DNA of 64,000 bases, from the NCBI RefSeq assembly GCF_910577475.1, contig NZ_CAJTLJ010000008.1. One strand, 5' to 3'. Below are positions 52,701-61,398 of this stretch, piece after piece. Numbering within the stretch: the stretch's first letter is position 1; each line of letters opens with the position of its first letter. Below the pieces are notes generated by a model, which did not search any database, was not told where the DNA came from, and saw only the letters and a program-made list of their open reading frames with translations. Position numbers and translations under genes: made by a program. Source of the DNA: an uncultured Alistipes sp. (lineage in GTDB: Bacteria > Bacteroidota > Bacteroidia > Bacteroidales > Rikenellaceae).

Positions 52701-53920
52701 CGACGCTGACCGTTTCGGGCAATACGCTCACCGCAATAGGCAGCAAAGCTTTCGCGAATGCCGTTCTGCTTGCCGATGCCTACATCGAGCCTGCCGCTGC
52801 TCCGACGGTTGCCGACGACAGTTTTGCCGGTGCAGGCACATCGGTTTCGGGAGCCAAGACTTTCCATGTATCATCGGCGGATGCCTATACTTCGTGGACG
52901 ACTGCCGCAGCCGGCTACACGATAGAGTCCCTCGCCCCGGACTATTTGAGCGAAGGTCTCTACTACCGCACTTCGGCCGATGCCAAATGGAGCGACGAGC
53001 TGCCCGAAACGTTCACGACGCTCTTCGTCAAGACCGCCGGCGACAACACGGTCATGACCGCCGCACAGATAACAACGCTTGCCGCAGCCGTCAAGGCGCT
53101 GCCAGCACCCGCAGTTCTCGATTTCAGCGAGACGACCTATGCTACCACGACATTCCCGGCATCGTTCAGGTCGAACGCCAATCTGGCCGCCATCGTATTG
53201 CCGCAGAACGTGACGGCGACAGCCTCCGGAGCCTTCTCGGCAACGGGTATGACTTCGGTTACGGTGCGTGCCGACATCACCTACGCTTCGCAGGCGTTCG
53301 CCAACTGCGCCTCGCTGACGACGGCCGTCGTCGAGGAGGGTGTGACGAAGATTGCCGACAATATGTTCCAGAACACCGGCCTCACCTCGATCAAGTTGCC
53401 CGACAGCGTGGAGACGATAGGCAGCAACGCATTCAACGGCTGCGCGGCACTCGCTTCGATAGACTTGGGCAAGGGCGTGGTAACCGTCTCGAATTACGCA
53501 TTCCAGAAGTGTGCCGCGCTGACCGAAATCTATTTCCCCGATGCGACGCAGACTATCGGTCAGAATGCCTTCGCGGGATGTATCCGACTCGCCAAAGTCT
53601 CTTTCGGCCGCAACATGACGACCATCAACGCTTACAGCTTCACGGGTACGAGCTACATGGGTGGCGCATGTCCGCTGCTGGCAGACATCACCTGCCGCTC
53701 GACTACGCCTCCGACGCTGAAAGACGATTATGGAACAGGTCCGTTCGGCGGCAGCTGGTACGACCATGCCGGCAAGGATGTTCCCGCAGAGAACCGACTG
53801 ATTCACCTGCCGAAATCGGCCGACCCGAACGGAGGTACGGGTGCATACGCCGACTCCTCGTGGGCTGAATTGGCCACCTCGTCCTACGGTTATACATTCG
53901 TGTATGATGTAGCAGAATAG
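49712..53920 (+). CDS. Large surface lipoprotein: fimbrillin-like N-terminal module plus BspA-type leucine-rich repeats
   Basis: LTGC lipobox, ATRT, WSAGD; many (A/C)F-x-x-C-x-x-L-x-x-(I/V)-x-(I/L)-P repeats in three cassettes. Confidence 0.88.
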   Translation: MKKYLYIILCAGLLALTGCVKDADIEPYRPITGTDGRIILTGYADAATRTGFGQASAEAIPLEWSAGDYIWADGSRSENLTAGGAKAAFIFNALQTAATYDIFYNMTGSDAGTALIPARQTQHAAYAPELGANGDFGFATTGADGVFTLSHATSYVWFDLWTKDIDCNLASILLSVSGGHTIAGEAVFADEALGACTGSSSVTLSFGEKGVALPAESNESEVFAAMVLYPADLAEATVSIVCTFTDGSVCLQTKAGKTLVPGGTLRISSQLADADRKNSGIFYMTNEGVSQELPDESISYLKAVTLGDAALSAETLTTIAGKLSAGAVLDFGDADYATTEFPNVFMNRTNLREIVMPRNIETFAAASNFTGAFYRCTNLQRAVFPEGVKLVPQNCFRECSSLEAVEIPASVAELGEMAFYNCKKLVSIAIPDGISVLPRSLFEYCSSLASVKIPDSLTELKSDVFNGCTAMAEIVLPESITTMDSSIFEGCTSLKSARIPDGIITLPKRMFRNCSALVDVNMPSRLESVGEEAFYHCGMLADVTFPETLQSVGERSFGGCNAFTRVVLDIPEVANYSFWSCANVSAIDLGERVTSIGHNSFITAGNLQTIICRAAVPPVLGMTSFGSAGSKVEGKKYLCVPAASYDAYEKEWADIIAMGYILEDINTQDLTDGIYYRTSREANWTSAMPSGTFTEFYVKTVGDSTISEETLRNIASKIAAQQSAVAIDLHSAKYTTNTFPPAFAGNAKLGGVQCFENTTAFENGVFTGCTALAKATVPSGVATVPESAFEGCAALSSVSVPSSVKAVDNKAFKGCAALTDITLSSVASIGEEAFAGCGLTTATISAATLGDKCFNSCEALASVKLNGMTSIPAGMFGECTALKDVTLPNTVKTVGNSAFEGCGQLAALTLGTGVATLGDRAFADCGLTALVLPDNVTELGKEVFKNNPAIASITFGAGITAISDGAFAVNNTIERLTIPKTVATIGANAFADWSRLTTLTVSGNTLTAIGSKAFANAVLLADAYIEPAAAPTVADDSFAGAGTSVSGAKTFHVSSADAYTSWTTAAAGYTIESLAPDYLSEGLYYRTSADAKWSDELPETFTTLFVKTAGDNTVMTAAQITTLAAAVKALPAPAVLDFSETTYATTTFPASFRSNANLAAIVLPQNVTATASGAFSATGMTSVTVRADITYASQAFANCASLTTAVVEEGVTKIADNMFQNTGLTSIKLPDSVETIGSNAFNGCAALASIDLGKGVVTVSNYAFQKCAALTEIYFPDATQTIGQNAFAGCIRLAKVSFGRNMTTINAYSFTGTSYMGGACPLLADITCRSTTPPTLKDDYGTGPFGGSWYDHAGKDVPAENRLIHLPKSADPNGGTGAYADSSWAELATSSYGYTFVYDVAE

Positions 53921-53947
53921 GCGAACGGATTTATATGCAACAAGCGG

Positions 53948-53989
53948 TGAAAATGTCGGTGACTCCTGCGGGGCAAGCCGGCATTTTCA
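53948..53989 (+). promoter_or_regulatory. Intra-operon stem-loop
   Basis: TGAAAATGTCGG/CCGGCATTTTCA stem. Confidence 0.5.
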
Positions 53990-54011
53990 TCCGCGTTTTA
54001 AGAAACGGATT

Positions 54012-56303
54012 ATGAAAAAAACGCTATTTGTTTCGTTAGCACTCATGCTGGCGGCCTGTACGACCGACCCGGCGGACCTTGCCGCCGATATGCCCCGCGA
54101 GACCGGAGGGCCGGTGACGCTGACCGGGTTTTCAGGTTCGGCAACCCGCACGCAGTTCGCACCGGACGACGGAGGCGGAATTCTCTTCGCATGGAGTGCC
54201 GCCGACCGTATCTGGGTGGACGACATGCAGAGCACCGAGGCCGGTATCGACGGCGCATCGGCCGCTTTCGGTTTCGAAAGTCTGACGGGCGAAGCCCCTT
54301 ACCGTGTTTTCTACAACATGACTGGACACGGCAGTGAAGCCTGCATACCGACGATTCAGCACCAAGACGTTCCATACGAACTGCAACTCGGGCCGAACGG
54401 CGATTTCGGTTATGCAGTTACAGATGACGACGGGCGATTCACGCTCTCGCATGCCACGTCGTGCATTTGGTTCAACCCGTGGTCGCAGGATGTCGATGCG
54501 AAACTCGCCTCCATATCGCTTGTCGTCGGCGAACCGGCCACCGCGCTCACGGGCCGCAGCCGCTTCGGGAACGGCCTGTTCGGCGACGTGTCCGACGCCT
54601 CGAACCGTATCACGCTGTCGCTGGGCGGTGATGGCGTCGCTCTGCCCCGTGCGGGCAGCGACAGCGATGTGTTTGCCGCCGCTGTCGTTTACCCTATCGA
54701 TTGCTCGCAACAGGAGATTTACATTACCTACACTTTCGCCGACGGAAGCGTCTATACCGAAACCCGCACCGGGCGCAATTTCGAATCGGGCCGCATCTAC
54801 CGTCTGACAACCGAAATCACGGCCCGTGACGGCGGCAAATTCGCCATCGAACGCGACGAAGCTCCCGACGAGGCTGTCTGCCTGAAGTATGGCGCCGCCG
54901 AGGAGTGGTCACTTACGGCCGAAAGGTGGATTCCGGCCGTGAACATAGCCTCCGTGCCTGCCGGCTGGAATGTCGATCTGGATATTGCCGGCCGTGGTCT
55001 GCGAATCGCACCGCCTGCCGAATACATGCAGGGAATGGATTTGGAAAACATGCTGACGATATGCTCCGCCGACAAGGTGATTCTGTCGCAGGAGTATTAT
55101 GTGCTCGACTTCACCCACCCCGAAGGTACGTTCGTGCTCATGGAGGGCAACATGACCTCCGAAAACGGTTCGGTCGTCTATTTCGACCAGCACGGCCGCT
55201 ACCACGAACGGGTGTACGAGGAGGTCAACGACAACGAAATAGGCAACGTGTTGCAGGATATGTACATGGCCAACGGCCGCATCTATTTCATCACCCAGAA
55301 CGGCCGCACCAGCAGCGCGGGAACCTCGTTCAACGGCGACGGCCGCTATGTGGTGTGCGACGCCCACACGATGAAGCGTCTGGTCGCCCGCAACATGAAT
55401 TTCTACGCCGAGGTCGACACCTCGACCGGAGCCACGCAATCCTCCAAGTCGTATCTGTGCTGGCCCCAGCATATCGTTGTCGTGAGTCCGGAGAAGGGTT
55501 ATATCCAATATTCGGTCTCGATGGAGAGCCATTCCGGCATCCGCGTCATCGACCTTACAACGAATATCATCGACACCCGGGATATTCCCGGCACGTTCGG
55601 TGAGTTCACCGTCTCGGGCGCAACCAAGGCCCGCATGGTCTTTTCGCGCGGCAAGGTCTTCGCCGGGCGGGGCAATTCGGTGATCGTCATAAACCCTGCC
55701 TCCGATAAGGTCGTCAAGACCCACACGTTCGAAAACCGCCAGATAAAAGATATCGCCAAAGGTGCCGACGGACGAATCTATGCTCTGTTCACGGGCGAGT
55801 TCGAGACCGACGGTCTGGGCTACTACGGCAACGTGGTGTGGAAATCGCCCGCGAAATTCGTCATCCTCGATGCGCAGGGCGACATCGTGGAGGAGCAGAC
55901 GCTGCCCGAATCGGTGCACCTGCGCACGGGTACGGCATCGCCGTCCGTTCAGATGTGCGCCAGCTTCCGCAAACCCTACCTCTACTTTATCGGCAATTCC
56001 GATTTCAGTGCCAACGAGGCGGTCCGCTACAACTATGCTACCGGGAAACTCGATGAAAGCTATATTACTGCCGAGTTGGATGCAAATCATAAAGGCGGAG
56101 ACATCATCTACGGTTATATGGGCATTCACCCCACGACCGAACAGTTGTGGGTCGGCAAATCGAGTTATATCGACAGCCGCATCGAGGTCTACGACGTTTC
56201 GCGAAGCGACGCAGTGGAGTTCGGGAGTTTTTACCAGAAGAAAGCGAGCCCGGCGGGTGTGGATTTCGCCTACCGGTTCACGCAGGAGTGGATTGACAAA
56301 TAG
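54012..56303 (+). CDS. Lipoprotein: fimbrillin-like N-terminal module, Ig-like spacer and DUF5074/YncE-like beta-propeller
   Basis: LAAC lipobox; N-terminus homologous to the upstream gene; GTFVLMEGNMTSENGSVVY, GNVLQDMY, IYFITQNG. Confidence 0.8.
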   Translation: MKKTLFVSLALMLAACTTDPADLAADMPRETGGPVTLTGFSGSATRTQFAPDDGGGILFAWSAADRIWVDDMQSTEAGIDGASAAFGFESLTGEAPYRVFYNMTGHGSEACIPTIQHQDVPYELQLGPNGDFGYAVTDDDGRFTLSHATSCIWFNPWSQDVDAKLASISLVVGEPATALTGRSRFGNGLFGDVSDASNRITLSLGGDGVALPRAGSDSDVFAAAVVYPIDCSQQEIYITYTFADGSVYTETRTGRNFESGRIYRLTTEITARDGGKFAIERDEAPDEAVCLKYGAAEEWSLTAERWIPAVNIASVPAGWNVDLDIAGRGLRIAPPAEYMQGMDLENMLTICSADKVILSQEYYVLDFTHPEGTFVLMEGNMTSENGSVVYFDQHGRYHERVYEEVNDNEIGNVLQDMYMANGRIYFITQNGRTSSAGTSFNGDGRYVVCDAHTMKRLVARNMNFYAEVDTSTGATQSSKSYLCWPQHIVVVSPEKGYIQYSVSMESHSGIRVIDLTTNIIDTRDIPGTFGEFTVSGATKARMVFSRGKVFAGRGNSVIVINPASDKVVKTHTFENRQIKDIAKGADGRIYALFTGEFETDGLGYYGNVVWKSPAKFVILDAQGDIVEEQTLPESVHLRTGTASPSVQMCASFRKPYLYFIGNSDFSANEAVRYNYATGKLDESYITAELDANHKGGDIIYGYMGIHPTTEQLWVGKSSYIDSRIEVYDVSRSDAVEFGSFYQKKASPAGVDFAYRFTQEWIDK

Positions 56304-56311
56304 CGGAGCGC

Positions 56312-57391
56312 ATGAAAGGATATTCGGAATTGAAAAGATGGATAACACCGCTCTTTTGTGCGGTATGCGCCGTGTCGTGCATGGACTACGGGCCGATGGA
56401 TACCGAAGATTTTCAAATCGACGGATCGGGTGTGCATGGTCTATTCATCACCAACGAGGGGAATTTCATGTATGGCAACGCCTCGCTGTCGTACTACGAC
56501 CCTGCGACCAAGCGTGTCGAGAACGAGGTTTTCGCACGCGCCAACGGCTTCAAACTGGGCGATGTGGCGCAGTCGATGGTCATCCGCAACGGCATCGGCT
56601 GGGTGGTGGTGAACAATTCGGGGGTGATTTTCGCCATAGACATCAATACATTCAAGGAGGTGGGGCGCATTACGGGTTTCACCTCTCCCCGCTACATTCA
56701 CTTCCTGAGCGATGAAAAGGCTTACGTCACACAGATCTGGGATCCGCGCATCTATATCGTCAACCCCAAAACCTATGAGATTACAGGTTATGTCGAAACC
56801 GACATGGACTACGAATCGGGATCCACGGAGCAGATGGTGCAATATGGCAAGTATGTATTCACGAACTGCTGGTCGTACCAGAACCGAATATTGAAGATAG
56901 ACACCGAACGGGACGAAGTCGTGGACGAACTCGTCGTGGGCATTCAGCCGACGTCGCTTGTTATGGACTGCAACGACAAAATGTGGACCGTTACCGACGG
57001 CGGTTACGAAGGCTCGCCTTACGGGCACGAAGCTCCGTCACTGTACTGTATTGATGCAAAGACCTTCACCGTGGAGAAACAATTCAAATTCCAGTTCGGC
57101 GACTGGCCCTCGGAGGTGCAGCTCAACGGCACGCGCGACACGCTCTATTTCATCAACAAATCCATCTGGAAACTGTCTGTCGAGGCCGACAATTTTCCGG
57201 TCAAGCCGTTCATCCCCTATCAGAATACGCTCTATTACGGGCTGACCGTCGACCCTGTTACGTCGGAGGTTTACGTTGCCGACGCGATAGACTACGTGCA
57301 GAGCGGCGTGGTGCTGCGCTACTCGCCCGAAGGCGAGCTGCTCGACCAATTCAACGTGGGAATCATTCCCGGCGCATTCTGCTGGCGATAA
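56312..57391 (+). CDS. btuG: BtuG-family surface cobalamin-binding beta-propeller lipoprotein
   Basis: AVSC lipobox; GLFITNEGNFMYGNASLSYYD, LGDVAQSM, SPRYIHF, VADAIDY, VGIIPGAFCW; riboswitch and BtuB context. Confidence 0.88.
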   Translation: MKGYSELKRWITPLFCAVCAVSCMDYGPMDTEDFQIDGSGVHGLFITNEGNFMYGNASLSYYDPATKRVENEVFARANGFKLGDVAQSMVIRNGIGWVVVNNSGVIFAIDINTFKEVGRITGFTSPRYIHFLSDEKAYVTQIWDPRIYIVNPKTYEITGYVETDMDYESGSTEQMVQYGKYVFTNCWSYQNRILKIDTERDEVVDELVVGIQPTSLVMDCNDKMWTVTDGGYEGSPYGHEAPSLYCIDAKTFTVEKQFKFQFGDWPSEVQLNGTRDTLYFINKSIWKLSVEADNFPVKPFIPYQNTLYYGLTVDPVTSEVYVADAIDYVQSGVVLRYSPEGELLDQFNVGIIPGAFCWR

Positions 57392-57404
57392 TTAAAGAGT
57401 AAAT

Positions 57405-59219
57405 ATGAATCTATACAAGCTATTTTTCACACTCCTGCTCGCCGCGATTGCAGGATGCAGCAGGGATGAGCTGATTACACAGGAGATCGAAATGACACCC
57501 GTCATAACGTTCGATGTTAATCCGGCTATCTACACGGCAAAGGTCGGACGCGAATTTACAATCTCGCCTACTTACCGCTATGCCGAGCGGGCCGTTTACG
57601 CATGGAAACTCGAATCGACCGGCAAAATCATATCGACCGATCCGCAACTGGTTTACCGGTTCGACCGGACACAGAAAACGGAGGATGGGAAACAGGGATA
57701 CTACATGAGTCTTAACGTTACTACGCCCGAAGGCTCGGCTACCGAACAGCTTTTCGTGGAGGTTCTCGAACAGATGCCGCCCGTAATCACATTCCCCGGC
57801 GGGCAGAGCATGGAAATCACCCGAGGCCGTCGGTGTACCATATCGCCCGACGTGCGGGGCAGCCAGACGGCGACATACCGCTGGACATTGCTCCGTCCGG
57901 GAGCGACCGTTCCCGAACCGGTTGGCAACGGGGCGACCTGCGAGTTCTGCGGACAGGAGGTCGGGCTGTATCATCTTCGTCTGCAAACCGAGAACGAGGA
58001 TGGCTGCGATGACAAGACCCTCGAAATAAACGTCGTCAAGGCCGTTCCGATCACCGTTACCGTAGCTCCCATAGGCCGCAAATACGACGGACTGACGCGC
58101 AATGTGGCTCTCGGCCGCTCGACCACCCTGCGGCCGTATGTATGGAATGCAAATGACCCGGCATATTGCTGGACAATCGACGGACAGGTGGTTTCGACCG
58201 ATGCTGCGTTCACCTTCACGCCGACCGCGAAGGGCAGCACGAAAGTGCTCTTCACCGTGACCGACACGACGGCCGAGGGAGAGGAAATGACATCGGCGGA
58301 ACTCGAATTCACGGTCGTATGCTGCGATGCGGAGGGCACGCATCGGCGCAGTGCTTCGTCGGCAGGAAGTGCTGAGTGGACCACGGTGTATGAATACACT
58401 CCCGCACCGGGTCAGTTCATCAACGAACTTGTTTCGGGCGGCTTCGTCGGCAACGAAACCACACCCGAAGCCGCCGTCGCCTACGCCGAAGACAGATTGC
58501 GCAAGAGAACATGGGTTTCGCTCGGCGGCTGGGGAGGATATATCGTCGTTGGGTTCGACCACAGTATTGACAACTCGGCAGGCTATCGCGACGGATACAA
58601 CTTCTCGATTACGGGAAATGCTTTCGAAGGGTCATCCGAGCCGGGTATCGTATGGGTGATGCAGGACACCGACGGCAACGGCTTCCCCGACGACGAGTGG
58701 TTCCAGCTCCGAGGTTCGGAGTACGGCAAGCCGGAAACCATTGAGGATTATGCGGTAACCTATTATCGCCCCACCTATTCGGGCGCAGACGTCCAGTGGA
58801 AGGACAACCGCGGTGCAGTCGGCAAAATCGACTACCTGAAACAGTATCACGACCAGTCGAGTTACTATCCTGCATGGATTGGCGCGGACAGCTATACCCT
58901 CTACGGCACATGTCTCAAACACCGCACCTACGACCGTTCCGGCAACGGGACATATTGGGTGAACGGCGAGTACGACTGGGGCTATGCCGACAATCTGGGC
59001 GAAGACCGTCTTTCGGATGATGACAATGCCGCCGCCGGAGCGATGAAAATATACTTCAAGATTTCGAATGCGGTGGATGCTGCCGGCAATCCTGCAGGAT
59101 TGAAATACATCGACTTCATAAAGGTGCAGACCGGAGTCAACATGAAGGCCGGATGGCTGGGCGAAAATTCCACGGAAGTATTCGGATTCACGGACGAAAA
59201 TCTCAATCAGGGACAATAA
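57405..59219 (+). CDS. PKD-like repeat surface lipoprotein, BtuH-like B12-binding candidate
   Basis: IAGC lipobox, three PKD-like Y-x-W domains, C-terminal YEYTPAPGQFIN, SLGGWGGYIVVGFDHSI, EPGIVWVMQD, IDFIKVQTG. Confidence 0.7.
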   Translation: MNLYKLFFTLLLAAIAGCSRDELITQEIEMTPVITFDVNPAIYTAKVGREFTISPTYRYAERAVYAWKLESTGKIISTDPQLVYRFDRTQKTEDGKQGYYMSLNVTTPEGSATEQLFVEVLEQMPPVITFPGGQSMEITRGRRCTISPDVRGSQTATYRWTLLRPGATVPEPVGNGATCEFCGQEVGLYHLRLQTENEDGCDDKTLEINVVKAVPITVTVAPIGRKYDGLTRNVALGRSTTLRPYVWNANDPAYCWTIDGQVVSTDAAFTFTPTAKGSTKVLFTVTDTTAEGEEMTSAELEFTVVCCDAEGTHRRSASSAGSAEWTTVYEYTPAPGQFINELVSGGFVGNETTPEAAVAYAEDRLRKRTWVSLGGWGGYIVVGFDHSIDNSAGYRDGYNFSITGNAFEGSSEPGIVWVMQDTDGNGFPDDEWFQLRGSEYGKPETIEDYAVTYYRPTYSGADVQWKDNRGAVGKIDYLKQYHDQSSYYPAWIGADSYTLYGTCLKHRTYDRSGNGTYWVNGEYDWGYADNLGEDRLSDDDNAAAGAMKIYFKISNAVDAAGNPAGLKYIDFIKVQTGVNMKAGWLGENSTEVFGFTDENLNQGQ

Positions 59220-59229
59220 CACGTGGCGT

Positions 59230-61386
59230 ATGAAGAAACTGTTTTGTATTATCGGTTGTCTGGCGTTAGCCGGTTGCAACAGCGGGAGCGAGGAAGGTCC
59301 GTTGAGTGCCGAAAACCGTATCATCTCATTCTCGATAACGAGTGGGGATATGGTTTATGACGCGACTGTCACGGATAACGGGATCACCGTGAGTGTGCCG
59401 TACAATATTTCACTGGCGAATGCCTCGGCACGCGTGGCACTCAGCGATGCCGCGGCAATCCGCCCCGACCTTGCGACCATCTCCGACTGGAATCAGGAGT
59501 GGCAGTTCCTTGTTACTTCGGCAGACGGGGTGCACGACCGCAGCTACCGGTATTCGGTGGAGCGCACGGATATAGTTTCGACCGGCAGTATGACGCTGCG
59601 CACACAAAAAGATGTCGATGCTTTCGCTGCAAATGCCTACAATGTGATCGAAGGGGATCTCATTATCGGTAGCGAAACCGAAACGGACGACCCGATCGAG
59701 AATCTCGACGGACTTGCGGCGTTGAACTCCGTTCGCGGGGCGCTGGTCGTTACCGATGCCTGCCATGTAAAGGATTTGGGCGGTCTGTCGAGCCTCGCAT
59801 TCTGCGGTTCGCTTGCAATAGGCTTCGCCGATGCGCCCCACACCTCGCTGCAAGCACTCAATCTTCCGGCACTTGAAGAGGTTGCAGGAGATTTACAGAT
59901 ATTCGGCACTTCACTGCGAACGGTATATATCAATGCCCTGCAACGAGTTGCGGGGAGCCTGCATATCGGGGCAAAACAGCTCGTCGAGTTTATGACCGAC
60001 GAACTGACGGAGGTCGAGGAAAATCTGACATTGTGCGGGGCACTTTCCGACAAAACGGAGGGTACCTCTCCATGCAATCAACTATTTCTGCCAAAACTCG
60101 CTCGTGTCGGCGGCACAGTCACGCTCTCGCATTTCGGCAGTCTGTCGGGATTGGCGACCTCGTTCGGAGCACTGACCTCGGCCGGAGGCGTGTGCTACGA
60201 ACAGCTTGCCATGGCCAATACCTTCGAATTTCCGCAACTCGAAAAATCCGGAGCGATTCGGCTCGACGGCTGCCCGCTGCTGCGAAGCATCGTGTTGCCG
60301 AAACTCACCGCCGCGGCATCGTTCTCGGTCGAGGAGTGTCCTGCCGTCGTTGAAACGAATTTCGCCACGTTGGAGCGCGTCGACGGCGACATCTGCCTGC
60401 GGACGTTGCCCATGGTCACGGATTTAGGAGCGCTCTTTCCCCGCCTCACGGCCGTCGGGGGCGATTTGACCATCGACGATCTGCCGTCGCTGTCAGGCGC
60501 AGTCGATTTTTCGCATTGCTCGTTCGCTCCGGGCAGTACGGTTTCGCTGCGATTCGTCTCTGTGCCGAAAATCACAGAAATACGTGGCGATTCGTTCGGC
60601 GGGTCACTGATGCTCGATGCCTCGGCACTCGCGCAGCAGCCCGCGGCGATGCCCTTCGACATCATCGGATTCCGCGAGGTCGGGACTCTGCGCATTGTCG
60701 GCTTTACGGCTGTTTCGTCCATTGTTCTGCCGACCGCCGCATGCGAGAATCTTTATGTCGAGAATTGCGGTTCGCAATCACCGTTCACTCTTTCTCTTCC
60801 GAATCTCACGGAGGTGCGGGGGACTCTCCTGCTGCGCAACTGCGGAAAATCCGGAGCGGAAAACCGCGCGTCGTTTCCGAAGCTGAAAAATGTCGGCAGG
60901 CAGCTTGCCATGTATGTGCGCGGTTCGGCATTCTCCTCGTTCGAACTGCCCCAGCTCGAAACGGTCGGCAACGGCGAACGGATTTCGGACGATTCATCGG
61001 ACGACTACGCCTTCTACACGATGCCTTCGGGGTGCGCCGGAGCATTTATCCTGCCGAAACTACGACGTGTCGACGGCAACATGCTTGTGTCGACATGGAG
61101 CAGCACAACAGACCGGACGACCTCGTTCGAGTTTCCCGCACTCGAAACCGTAACCGGCAGACTGTTCATCGGCCATGACCGATATCCGAACCGCTCGGTG
61201 CGCTCGCTCGACTTCCCGTCGCTCGTCGAAGCCGACGCAGTATATATCGGCAATCTTAAATCGGTTGCAGACTTTTCGACGTTCCGCCAAGTGTTGCCAC
61301 GACTCTCGGCAGAAACGTGGACGGTTGAAAATTGCGGAGCAAACCCCTCTTACGAACAGATGACAAATGCCTCTGCCGGCGAATAG
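59230..61386 (+). CDS. Lipoprotein with an Ig-like N-terminus and receptor L-domain-like repeats
   Basis: LAGC lipobox; repeated (L/F)-P-x-L-x-x-V-x-G-x-L units. Confidence 0.75.
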   Translation: MKKLFCIIGCLALAGCNSGSEEGPLSAENRIISFSITSGDMVYDATVTDNGITVSVPYNISLANASARVALSDAAAIRPDLATISDWNQEWQFLVTSADGVHDRSYRYSVERTDIVSTGSMTLRTQKDVDAFAANAYNVIEGDLIIGSETETDDPIENLDGLAALNSVRGALVVTDACHVKDLGGLSSLAFCGSLAIGFADAPHTSLQALNLPALEEVAGDLQIFGTSLRTVYINALQRVAGSLHIGAKQLVEFMTDELTEVEENLTLCGALSDKTEGTSPCNQLFLPKLARVGGTVTLSHFGSLSGLATSFGALTSAGGVCYEQLAMANTFEFPQLEKSGAIRLDGCPLLRSIVLPKLTAAASFSVEECPAVVETNFATLERVDGDICLRTLPMVTDLGALFPRLTAVGGDLTIDDLPSLSGAVDFSHCSFAPGSTVSLRFVSVPKITEIRGDSFGGSLMLDASALAQQPAAMPFDIIGFREVGTLRIVGFTAVSSIVLPTAACENLYVENCGSQSPFTLSLPNLTEVRGTLLLRNCGKSGAENRASFPKLKNVGRQLAMYVRGSAFSSFELPQLETVGNGERISDDSSDDYAFYTMPSGCAGAFILPKLRRVDGNMLVSTWSSTTDRTTSFEFPALETVTGRLFIGHDRYPNRSVRSLDFPSLVEADAVYIGNLKSVADFSTFRQVLPRLSAETWTVENCGANPSYEQMTNASAGE

Positions 61387-61398
61387 AATGATGATGTT

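Noticed and set aside
49712..61386. Diversity-generating retroelement or shufflon acting on the surface proteins
   Set aside because: No reverse transcriptase, recombinase or near-identical TR/VR nucleotide pair was seen; the paralogy is old and visible only at protein level.
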